Below are positions 8,857-16,801 of a stretch of 64,000 nt of DNA, piece by piece. The translations under genes were made by a program, and so were the position numbers. The notes under the pieces were generated by a model. That model was not told the DNA's origin, made no database searches, and saw only the letters and a program-made list of their open reading frames with translations. The stretch is taken from positions 12,362-76,361 of the forward strand of contig CAVSQR010000056.1 of NCBI GenBank assembly GCA_963729825.1, written 5' to 3'. Each line of letters begins with the position of its first letter. The first letter of the stretch is position 1. This DNA is from an uncultured delta proteobacterium (GTDB lineage Bacteria; Desulfobacterota; Desulfobulbia; Desulfobulbales; SURF-16).

Positions 8857-8986
8857 GAGCCGTTACGAAATAACATGGCCATTTTTTCAATTTCGTTACG
8901 GCTCCTTATACCCCTCAAGGGGGTACTGAAAAGAGTGCCGTTGGGGCGCATTTCTCTGGCCATGTTATTTTTTTACAACGGCTTAG
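8853..8986. repeat. Family-1 repeat, copy B (inverted relative to copy A)
   Basis: The core at 8857-8904 is the exact reverse complement of 451-498. It starts at the fliS stop codon and ends with acaacggcttag. Confidence 0.9.
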
Positions 8987-9089
8987 GGGCCGTTACGGAA
9001 TAACAGGTGAATTCCCAACCCTTTCGTTACGGACTTTTATGCCGGTCACTTTATTGCGAGGTAACGGTTGTTTTTTGACAACGGCTTAG
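8987..9089. repeat. Family-1 repeat, copy C (diverged, in tandem with copy B)
   Basis: The sequence is ggccgttacggaat...ctttcgttacggac...gacaacggcttag. Confidence 0.75.
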
Positions 9090-9091
9090 CT

Positions 9092-9505
9092 ATGATGAAT
9101 CAAAGAGTTTATCAGGAACCGCAGCAGCTGACCAGCCAACTTTTTGATCTGCTGGCTGAATTTGCCTCAGTCCAGCAGGACCATGCCGCTTGTCTGGCGG
9201 AAAACAGGTTGAAAAACCTGATGAGCTGGAGACAACAGCGGGAGCAGGCCTTCAGGCGGCTCAGGCAGGTGCTTGACCGGGTTGCCGGCCTTGCCGATTG
9301 CGATGAGGCGGTTCGGCAACGGTTATTAAATGAACTGGGCAGGATTCTGGAAAATGAAAAGCAGCTTGTGGAATTGGCTGGAGCGCAGCGTGATAGATTA
9401 CAAGGAAGTCTGCGTGTCATGCGTAAAGGGAAACAGGCCTTGAAAGGCTACAGTGTCTATCAGGGCGGAAGCCCCAGACCGAAATATTTAAGCAACAAAG
9501 GTTGA
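9092..9505 (+). CDS. Hypothetical helical protein, possibly an FlgN/FliT-like flagellar chaperone
   Basis: This is ORF 9068..9505; I prefer ATG 9092 because the upstream part is repeat sequence. It is Leu/Gln/Arg-rich and helical (LFDLLAEFASVQQDHAACLAENRLKNLMSWRQQREQAF). Position between fliS and flaG is the only support for the functional guess. Confidence 0.4.
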   Translation: MMNQRVYQEPQQLTSQLFDLLAEFASVQQDHAACLAENRLKNLMSWRQQREQAFRRLRQVLDRVAGLADCDEAVRQRLLNELGRILENEKQLVELAGAQRDRLQGSLRVMRKGKQALKGYSVYQGGSPRPKYLSNKG

Positions 9506-9568
9506 CTGAGGTGGGGTTCTCCCTGAACCGGAGTCAATTTTTACCATCAGTTACAAGCGGAGGTTGTC

Positions 9569-9994
9569 ATGGATGTCAATATCGCTACGGATATGAAGGG
9601 CGCCAATGTGTCGGTGGTGCCGACTAATGTTGAGCGTGAGGATGCTGTCAAGCCTCCTGTTCAACCGGTCCCTCAAAGCAGTGAAAGTGATACGGTCAAG
9701 CTCAATAATCAGGCCCGGCAGGGTAAGTCAGCGCAAGAAGATGCACGCAGCCAGGGAAAGCTTTCCCAGAAGGAGCTTGAGGATGCTGTTGAGGAAATCC
9801 AGCAGCGTTTTCAGTCAATGGGCAGCAGTTTTAAGTTTGGTCTTTATAAGAATCGCGAGACGGATAGTATTGTCGCCCAGCTGCGTGACAAAAAGACAGA
9901 CGAGATCATCAAGCAGTTTCCCTCTGATGAGGTCCTCAAATTGAGAGAGAAACTCCAGGATCTCGTTGGCCTGCTCTTTGACGAAAAAGTCTGA
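9569..9994 (+). CDS. flaG: Flagellar protein FlaG
   Basis: The C-terminus FKFGLYKNRETDSIVAQLRDKKTDEIIKQFPSDEVLKLREKLQDLVGLLFDEKV matches the FlaG family pattern. Confidence 0.75.
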   Translation: MDVNIATDMKGANVSVVPTNVEREDAVKPPVQPVPQSSESDTVKLNNQARQGKSAQEDARSQGKLSQKELEDAVEEIQQRFQSMGSSFKFGLYKNRETDSIVAQLRDKKTDEIIKQFPSDEVLKLREKLQDLVGLLFDEKV

Positions 9995-10114
9995 GTAGCC
10001 CCTTATTTATTTCGTAAAAAAAACAGCGGCGATTTACCGGATCGTCAGCGCCGTCGTGCGCCTTGCGCCGTCAGCCCCTGAGCCCTTCCTCCCTTCCCCG
10101 CCATATTTTTTCCC

Positions 10115-10143
10115 TTGACAATTTGCCATTCCCCATTTATATA
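10115..10143 (+). promoter_or_regulatory. Candidate sigma-70 promoter of sat
   Basis: The sequence is TTGACA-N17-TATATA, 85 nt upstream of ATG 10228. Confidence 0.6.
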
Positions 10144-10227
10144 CAACTCTCGGAAATGAATAACGGTTCATTATCTGTTAGAGAGGACATATTCTGACTG
10201 TAACTTTATTAAAGGAGACGGAATCAA

Positions 10228-11508
10228 ATGGCAAAATTAGTTGCGCCGCATGGTGGTAAAGGTCTTGTATGCGCACTGCTGCATGGCAGTGAGCTGGCTG
10301 CTGAGAAAGATAAAGCCGCTGGTCTGAAAAAAATTCAAGTTACCAGCCGCGCCAAAGGTGACTTGATCATGATGGGTATTGGTGGCTTCAGCCCTCTCAC
10401 AGGTTTCATGACCAAAGCCGACTGGAAAGGCGTTTGCGAGAAAATGCAGCTGGCTGACGGCACCTTCTGGCCCGTACCGATCACCCTTGATATTGACAAG
10501 GCTGATGCCGATGCTATCAAAGTAGGCGAAGAGATCGCGCTTGAGCGTAACAACGAGATCATTGCCACCATGAAGGTCACCGAAAAATATGAGATGACCG
10601 AAGCTGAAAAGAAATTTGAATGCGAGAAAGTTTTCAAGGGCAAAGGCGCAGACAGTGCTGATGACAAATTCTGGACAGTTGCCATGGAAGATCATCCTGG
10701 CGTCCAGATGGTTATGGCTCAGAAAGCAGTCAACATCGCCGGTCCTGTTAAAGTTCTGTCCGAGAGTCAATATCCTGTCGAGTACAAAGGTGTTTATATG
10801 CACCCGGCCGAGGTTCGCGCCTTGTTCGAGGAAAGAGGCTGGGCCAACGTTGCCGCTCTGCAGCTGCGTAACCCGATGCATCGTTCCCACGAGTACCTGG
10901 CCAAGATCGCCATCGAGGTATGTGACGGCGTTCTGATCCATTCACTGATCGGTTCCCTGAAAGCCGGCGATATTCCTGCCGACGTTCGCGTTAAGGCCAT
11001 CAACATCCTGTGTGATAATCACTTTGTAAAAGACAACGTCATCCAGGCCGGTTACCCGATGGATATGCGCTATGCCGGTCCCCGCGAAGCTCTTCTCCAT
11101 GCCACCTTCCGTCAGAACTTCGGCGTCAACAACATGCTGATCGGCCGTGACCATGCCGGCGTTGGTGACTTCTACGGTCTGTTCGAGGCCCAGGAAATTT
11201 TTGAAACCATGCCGAAAACCGGCGATGCAGGCAAAGATCTGCAGTGCAGACCGATGAAAATCGACTGGACCTTCTACTGCTCCAAATGCGATGGCATGGC
11301 TTCTCTGCGCACCTGTCCGCATGACAAAGCAAGCCGCGTTATCCTCTCCGGAACGAAGCTGCGTAAAGCTCTGTCCGAGGGTGCTGAGGTTCCTGATCAT
11401 TTCGGCCGTGAAGAGGTTCTCGTTCTCCTGCGTGCATACTATGAAGGCCTCACCGAGAAGGTTGAGGTCAAGATGCAGAAAGCCGCTTCCGGATCCGCAA
11501 TGAAATAA
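10228..11508 (+). CDS. sat: Sulfate adenylyltransferase (ATP sulfurylase)
   Basis: The conserved motifs [13 protein letters not shown] and [12 protein letters not shown] are present, and the protein is 426 aa. A strong Shine-Dalgarno sequence (aaaggag) precedes it. Confidence 0.95.
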   Translation: MAKLVAPHGGKGLVCALLHGSELAAEKDKAAGLKKIQVTSRAKGDLIMMGIGGFSPLTGFMTKADWKGVCEKMQLADGTFWPVPITLDIDKADADAIKVGEEIALERNNEIIATMKVTEKYEMTEAEKKFECEKVFKGKGADSADDKFWTVAMEDHPGVQMVMAQKAVNIAGPVKVLSESQYPVEYKGVYMHPAEVRALFEERGWANVAALQLRNPMHRSHEYLAKIAIEVCDGVLIHSLIGSLKAGDIPADVRVKAINILCDNHFVKDNVIQAGYPMDMRYAGPREALLHATFRQNFGVNNMLIGRDHAGVGDFYGLFEAQEIFETMPKTGDAGKDLQCRPMKIDWTFYCSKCDGMASLRTCPHDKASRVILSGTKLRKALSEGAEVPDHFGREEVLVLLRAYYEGLTEKVEVKMQKAASGSAMK

Positions 11509-11541
11509 AGAAGTAGTTTATCTTTTCGCATAGTAGAAAAA

Positions 11542-11572
11542 AGGAGGTGCTGTGAAGCACCTCCTTTTTTTT
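11542..11572. terminator. Bidirectional rho-independent terminator (sat and the convergent wHTH gene)
   Basis: The hairpin aggaggtgc-tgtgaa-gcacctcct is flanked by an A run upstream and a T8 run downstream. Confidence 0.8.
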
Positions 11573-11618
11573 ATTGCTTTTTTTACTGGCAATCGCTGCT
11601 CGTTGTTTTGTCTCCCAT

Positions 11619-12053
11619 TCATTCCGGCCGGAGTGAAATCAGTGCCCCATCCGCTGAACAATTGATTTTCCCTTCCCTGGCAAGCCAGCCTATGGCACAG
11701 AAGACCATGGCGTTGGAGTTTTTGCGACCCATGATCGCCTTGACCAGCTTTTCTGTCGCCATCTCGCCATGCTGGCTGAGATGCTCGAAAATTTCGCCGG
11801 CCACAAAGCCCATCCTGTCAACGAGGGCAAAATCTCCCTTGTCGTTGAAAGGAGATTTTACCTTTTTTGTTTCTTTATTATTTTTGCTGCTGCCCAGCCG
11901 CGAAACTGTCTCTTCCACCTTCTTTTTTATTTTTTTGCCGGTTTGTTCCGCCTGGAAGGTGGAACGGGCAATAACCTTGCCCACTTCCTGGCCGGCATGA
12001 ATTAATTTGTTTTCGACAGATGCATCGGTTTTCGTCTCTTTTTTTTCACTCAT
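11619..12053 (-). CDS. Winged-helix (DUF2582-like) protein with a Lys-rich N-terminal region
   Basis: The C-terminus is FVAGEIFEHLSQHGEMATEKLVKAIMGRKNSNAMVFCAIGWLAREGKI. Confidence 0.5.
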   Translation of the reverse strand: MSEKKETKTDASVENKLIHAGQEVGKVIARSTFQAEQTGKKIKKKVEETVSRLGSSKNNKETKKVKSPFNDKGDFALVDRMGFVAGEIFEHLSQHGEMATEKLVKAIMGRKNSNAMVFCAIGWLAREGKINCSADGALISLRPE

Positions 12054-12187
12054 TTGGACTCCTCCATGCTAGAAAAATCATCAGAACTTCCACGTTATAT
12101 GGTAATACTCTAGCGGAACTGATTTTATTGTCAAGCGACTTGAAATGGCTGTTAAAGTTTGTATGGTGCAGCAATAAAACCTGAAAA

Positions 12188-13288
12188 ATGACAGAGGATC
12201 TGCTGATGAAAATAATTGATGTCGGGTTGGGTAAGCGGTCGTACCCGATCATGGTGGCGGCCGGATTGCTCGGGGAAATCGGTCAGGATTTGCTGCAGCG
12301 GGCGGTGGCCAAGCGTTATGTGGTGATCGCCGATGACCGGGTGGCCGGGCTCTACGGCAAGACGCTGATCGAGTCTTTGACGGGTCAGGGAATCAGCTGT
12401 GACCTGCTTGTTTTTCCCCGCGGTGAAGCCAGCAAGAACATGACAACCATTGCCCGTTTGGCCAGCTCCCTGGCCCAGCTCGGTGTTGATCGCAAGGATT
12501 GCCTGATTGCCCTGGGCGGCGGGGTCACCGGTGATATCACCGGTTTTGTCGCCGCCATCTACATGCGGGGTATTGCCTTTGTCCAGGTGCCGACCACATT
12601 GCTGGCCCAGGTTGACAGCTCGGTGGGAGGCAAGACCGGTGTTGATATTCCTGAAGGCAAGAATCTGGTCGGGGCATTTTATCAGCCGCGCGCCGTTTAT
12701 ATCGACAGTCGGGTTCTCACCTCGCTTCCCCCGGATGAGCTGTTAAACGGCCTGGCGGAGGTGATCAAGTACGGCGTCATCTATGACCGGGATTTTTTTG
12801 ATTTTCTGGCTGCCAACCGGGAGCAGATCCTGCAGCTGCAGCTGCCGGTCATCGAAGAGGTGATTGTCCGCTGCTGTCAGATCAAGGCCGCCGTGGTGGC
12901 TGCGGACGAGAAGGAGGCGGACCTGCGCCGCATCCTTAATTACGGTCATACCCTGGGCCATGCCGTGGAGGCGGCATCGGATTTCTCCATTGCCCATGGC
13001 ATGGCCGTGGCAATGGGCATGGTGGCCGCCAATAAGCTGGCGCAGGGCAAGGCCCTTCTTTTGGCACCGGAGGCGGAACGGATCAGCCAGGTGATTGCCG
13101 GCTTTGGGCTGCCGGTGGCAATTCCGCCGGAGCTCGACCATAACCTGATGAAATCATTTTTAAAGACCGACAAGAAGGCGGTGGCAGGCCGTCCCTTTTT
13201 CGTGCTGCCGACCCGCATCGGCCAGGTGACCATTACCGATGATGTGGCGGAAGAACTGATTGATCAGGCTTTGGTCATGAGGCAGTAG
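12188..13288 (+). CDS. aroB: 3-dehydroquinate synthase
   Basis: The motifs GGGVTGDITGFVAAIYMRGIAFVQVPTTLLAQVDSSVGGKTGV and NYGHTLGHAVE are present. ATG 12206 is a possible alternative start. Confidence 0.9.
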   Translation: MTEDLLMKIIDVGLGKRSYPIMVAAGLLGEIGQDLLQRAVAKRYVVIADDRVAGLYGKTLIESLTGQGISCDLLVFPRGEASKNMTTIARLASSLAQLGVDRKDCLIALGGGVTGDITGFVAAIYMRGIAFVQVPTTLLAQVDSSVGGKTGVDIPEGKNLVGAFYQPRAVYIDSRVLTSLPPDELLNGLAEVIKYGVIYDRDFFDFLAANREQILQLQLPVIEEVIVRCCQIKAAVVAADEKEADLRRILNYGHTLGHAVEAASDFSIAHGMAVAMGMVAANKLAQGKALLLAPEAERISQVIAGFGLPVAIPPELDHNLMKSFLKTDKKAVAGRPFFVLPTRIGQVTITDDVAEELIDQALVMRQ

Positions 13289-13360
13289 GAGAGGCAGAAG
13301 ACGGGGTTCGCAGTTGATGTTTTATCCCTTACTGCCTACTCTGCACTTTTGCCTTCCCAT

Positions 13361-16300
13361 TCACACCGCGCAGCGGAAGCCGATGATGTTTGACCAGGTG
13401 TCAGGTTCCAGCAGACGGGCCGCCATGGTAATGCCTGCTTTGGAGGTCCAGCAGCCGCCCTTGAGCACATAAACAGGGGGCGTGCGGTTGCTGACAGGCC
13501 GGGATGGAGTATGCACCGATGCCGTCCATTCAAAGACGTTGCCCAGCAGATCATAGATGCCAAATGGACTCATGGACGGTTTGCCATGGCGGATAACCGG
13601 GGTGGTGTCGCCGGTAAGCGCTGCTTCAGTATTGGCCAGTTCCCCCCGCCATTCATTTCCCCAGGGAAAGAGAAGGCCAGCCGGGCCACGGGCCGCCGCT
13701 TCCCATTCGTCCTCGCCGGGCAGCCTCTTGCCCGCCCAGGCGGCAAAGGCCAGGGCGTCATGGCGGCTCACCTGCACCACCGGATGGTTCCCCTTGTTTT
13801 CCAGGGAGCTGCCCGGGCCCGCAGGATGACGCCAGTTTGCCCCCTGTGTCTTTCTGTGAACGGGTGCCGCGGTTGATGAAAAAGCACGTTACGGCCGGTA
13901 TCCGGATCGATTCTGTTGCTGATCCGTCCTTCCACCACATTGCCGAAACCGGCCCGCTCGGCATCGGTTTCATAGCCGGTCTCGCGGACAAAAAAATCAA
14001 AAAGATCGTTGGTCACCGGCAGCTGAGCGATGTAAAAACTTTGTAGAAAGATCTTCCGGGTCGGCCGTTCATTGTAAGCCGGCTGATCACGCCCTGTCAG
14101 ATAGTAGCCGGCGGGTATCTTGATAAATTTCGGCATGAACCGCTCAAGGATCTGGGCGATGTAATCATCATGGCTTTCCGTCAGGGTTTCCGGCGGGGAG
14201 GCCAGGGCCTCATCCGGTTCAATATAGTGACTGAGGTCCAGCGGGCGGGCTGCATCTCGCTGCCCAGCATCTGTTGCCCCAATTTCGCCAACCGTGGTGG
14301 TTTCCTCTTCATCAATAATCTCTGTTTCCTGTTCCAGGATCTCGGCCTCATCGAGCAGCTCGACCTCTTCCTGGTCGAGGAGTTCCTGGGCAGCCGGCCC
14401 GTCTTCAGCGCCGCCGGGCAGCTCAGCCCCTGTGTTCGTTCCCGTGCCCGCCAGCCCGCCTCCGGCCAGGCCGTCAGCCGGTCCGCCAATTATGTCGTCG
14501 GCAATCTCTGTTTCCTGTTCCAGGATCTCGGCCTCATCGAGCAGCTCAAACTCTTCATCTGCAAGCCATTCATCAATAGCCGGTCCGCTTCAGGCCGCCG
14601 GCAGCTCAGCCCCTGCGTCCGTTCCCGCGCCCGCCAACTCGCCCCCGGCCAGACCGTCAGCCGGTCCGCCAATTATGTCATCGGCAATCTCTGTTTCCTG
14701 TTCCAGGACCTCGGCCTCATCGAGCAGCTCGACCTCTTCCTGGTCGAGGAGTTCCAGGGCAGCCGGTCCGGCTTCAGCGCCGCCCGGCAGCTCAGCCCCT
14801 GTGTCCGTTCCCGTGCCCGCCAGCCCGCCCCCGGCCAGGCCGTCAGCCGGTCCGCCAATTATGTCACCAGCAATCTCGGTTTCCTGTTCCAGGACCTCGG
14901 CCTCATCGAGCAGGTCAAACTCTTCATCGGCAAGCCATTCATCAATAGCCGGCCCGTCTTCAGCTGCCGCCGGCCCCCTCAGCTCCTGCGTCCGTTCCCG
15001 TGCCCGCCAGCCCGCTCCCGGCCAGGCCGTCATCCGGTCCGCCAATGATGTCATCGACGATCTCGGTTTCCTGTTCCAGGATCTCGGCCTCATCAAGCAG
15101 CTCGACCTCTTCCTGGTCGAGGAGTTCCAGGGCAGCCGGTCCGTCTTCAGCGCCGCCGGCCGCCTCAGCCCCTGTGTCCGTTCCCGTGCCCGCCAGCCCG
15201 CCCCCGGCCAGGCCGTCATCCGGTCCGCCAATGATGTCATCGACAATTTCGGTTTCCTGTTCCAGGACCTCGGCCTCATCGAGCAGCTCGACCTCTTCCT
15301 GGTCGAGGAGTTCCAGGGCAGCCGGTCCGTCTTCAGCGCCGCCGGGCAGCCTCATCCCCTGCGTCGGTTCCCGTGCCGGCCAGCCCGCCGTCAGCCGGAG
15401 CGCTTATGGTCTCACCGGCAATTTCGGTTTCCTGTTCCAGGACCTCGGCCTCATCGAGCAGGTCAAACTCTTCATCGGCAAGCCATTCATCAATAGCCGG
15501 CCCGTCTTCAGCGCCGCCGGCCCCTTCAGCCCCTGTGTCCGTTCCCGTGCCCGCCAGCCCGCCCCCGGCCAGGCCGTCAGCCGGTCCGCCAATGATGTCA
15601 TCGGCGATTTCGGTTTCCTGTTCCAGGACCTCGGCCTCATCGAGCAGCTCAAACTCTTCATCGGCAAGCCATTCATCAATAGCCGGTCCGTCTTCAGTGC
15701 CGCCGGCCCCCTCAGCCCCTGTGTCCGTTCCCGTGCCCGCCAACTCGCTCCCGGCCAGGCCGTCATCCGGTCCGCCAATGATGTCATCGACGATTTCTGT
15801 TTCCTGTTCCAGGATCTCGGCCTCATCGAGCAGCTCGACCTCTTCCTGGTCGAGGAGTTCCAGGGGAGCAGGCCCAGCTTCAGCGCCGCCAGCCCCTTCA
15901 GCCCCTGTGTCCGTTCCCGCGCCGGCCAGCCCGTCCCCGGCCAGAATCGCAGGAACTGCGCTCCCCCCCATCTTCAGCCGTCACCGTTTCTGCAACAGCT
16001 GCCCCGTCCGCCTTACTGCCTGCGGCAGCATCCCCGATTCCCGTGCCGGGGGCCAAGTGCTGCGGAGCATCACCCATGCCGGCGGCCCTGGCGATCATCT
16101 CTCTGGTCTTATCAAGCTCCTTGAGCAGCGAGGGCGGCTTCTTTCGGGCCGTCGCCCTGCATGACGCTGTCAAGAATGCCGCGCATCAGGGTGAGAATGT
16201 CCTTGGGGTCGAGGGCGCTGCTCAGTCCCAGCTTCTGCAAAAGGTCGTCTTTATGTTCATCGGAGATGGTGAAAACGTTATCGCGGCCGATGATCAGGCC

Positions 16301-16582
16301 TTCCGGATTTTTGCCCTGCTGGGCCAGTTTTTTCAGGTCCTTGTTTATGGAGGATTTGAGGCTGCTCAGGTTTTTCTTCTTCTGGTGAATAACTGCAGGA
16401 TCATCAACCTCCCACAGTTGCCTGATGAGATCCTCGGCGGGGATGGCGTCGATCTCCGCCAGTCTTTCGTCAGTGGGGCAATAGGAGTGGATGAGGCTGA
16501 TGAGGCGGCCCTTGAGGGTGGCGGGATTGGGCCGGAGGTTGGCGATGGCTGCAGAAATGCCCTGATGTGTGATTAATGCCAT
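13361..16582 (-). pseudogene. Large protein disrupted by multiple frameshifts and one in-frame stop: unknown N-terminal domain, nine acidic tandem repeats and a C-terminal FGE-sulfatase (SUMF1/EgtB/PvdO family) domain
   Basis: The minus-strand ORFs 16112..16582, 15898..16173, 15333..15971, 14960..15355, 14590..15279, 13768..14136 and 13361..13780 chain into one protein. FGE motifs are present: QGANWRHPAGPGSS, HPVVQVSRHDALAFAAWAGKRLPGEDEWEAAARG and FGIYDLLGNVFEWTA. The breaks are at T3 16142-16144, C7 15963-15969, about 15350, about 14965, TGA 14590-14592, and one somewhere in 13771-13888. Confidence 0.75.
14318..15943 (-). repeat. Tandem array of nine units, periods 186/183/186/187/186/175/186/186 nt
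   Basis: Unit landmarks (c/ttc[tg]gtttcctgttccagga) fall at 14320, 14506, 14689, 14875, 15062, 15248, 15423, 15609 and 15795. On the minus strand each unit encodes ...LLDEAEVLEQETEI.DDIIGGP.DGLAGGGLAGTGTDTGAE..GG.EDGPA.... Confidence 0.9.
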
Positions 16583-16721
16583 GCTATGTCCCGCTGCCTG
16601 GAATGATCTGCGGCGCTTGTTCGGTTAGCTGGAGTTGCCGGGAGATGCCGGTACGGCAAAGCGATGTTTTCGCGATTTTTCTCCTTTCAGCATACAGAAG
16701 GGCAGGGGAAAAATCTATATT

Positions 16722-16750
16722 TTGCTTTTCTAACGGATAGTCGCTACAAT
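16722..16750 (+). promoter_or_regulatory. Candidate sigma-70 promoter of the topoisomerase-like gene
   Basis: The sequence is TTGCTT-N17-TACAAT, about 50 nt upstream of ATG 16802. Confidence 0.4.
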
Positions 16751-16801
16751 AAATTGCGTTCCCATTGTTATCATTACTTTTTCCGGCAGGAGCCGCATGA
16801 A

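Noticed and set aside
14590-14592. The in-frame TGA in the FGE-repeat gene as a possible selenocysteine or readthrough codon.
   Set aside because: Comparison with sister repeat units shows it arises from three 1-nt deletions within 30 nt (ctgcccggcggcgctgaagcc became ctgccggcggcctgaagc). No SECIS-like context is needed to explain it.
14318-15943. Whether the regular repeat array could be a CRISPR array.
   Set aside because: The period is 183-186 nt with no unique spacers, because the whole unit is repeated. The array lies inside a coding frame, and no cas genes are nearby.
14170-16164. Long plus-strand ORFs across the tandem array (14170..15048, 14294..15496, 15000..16124, 15373..16164) that encode Ser/Pro/Ala-rich peptides.
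   Set aside because: They are antisense shadows of the acidic minus-strand repeats. Only the minus-strand frame connects upstream to a well-formed N-terminal ORF and downstream, in frame, to a conserved FGE domain.
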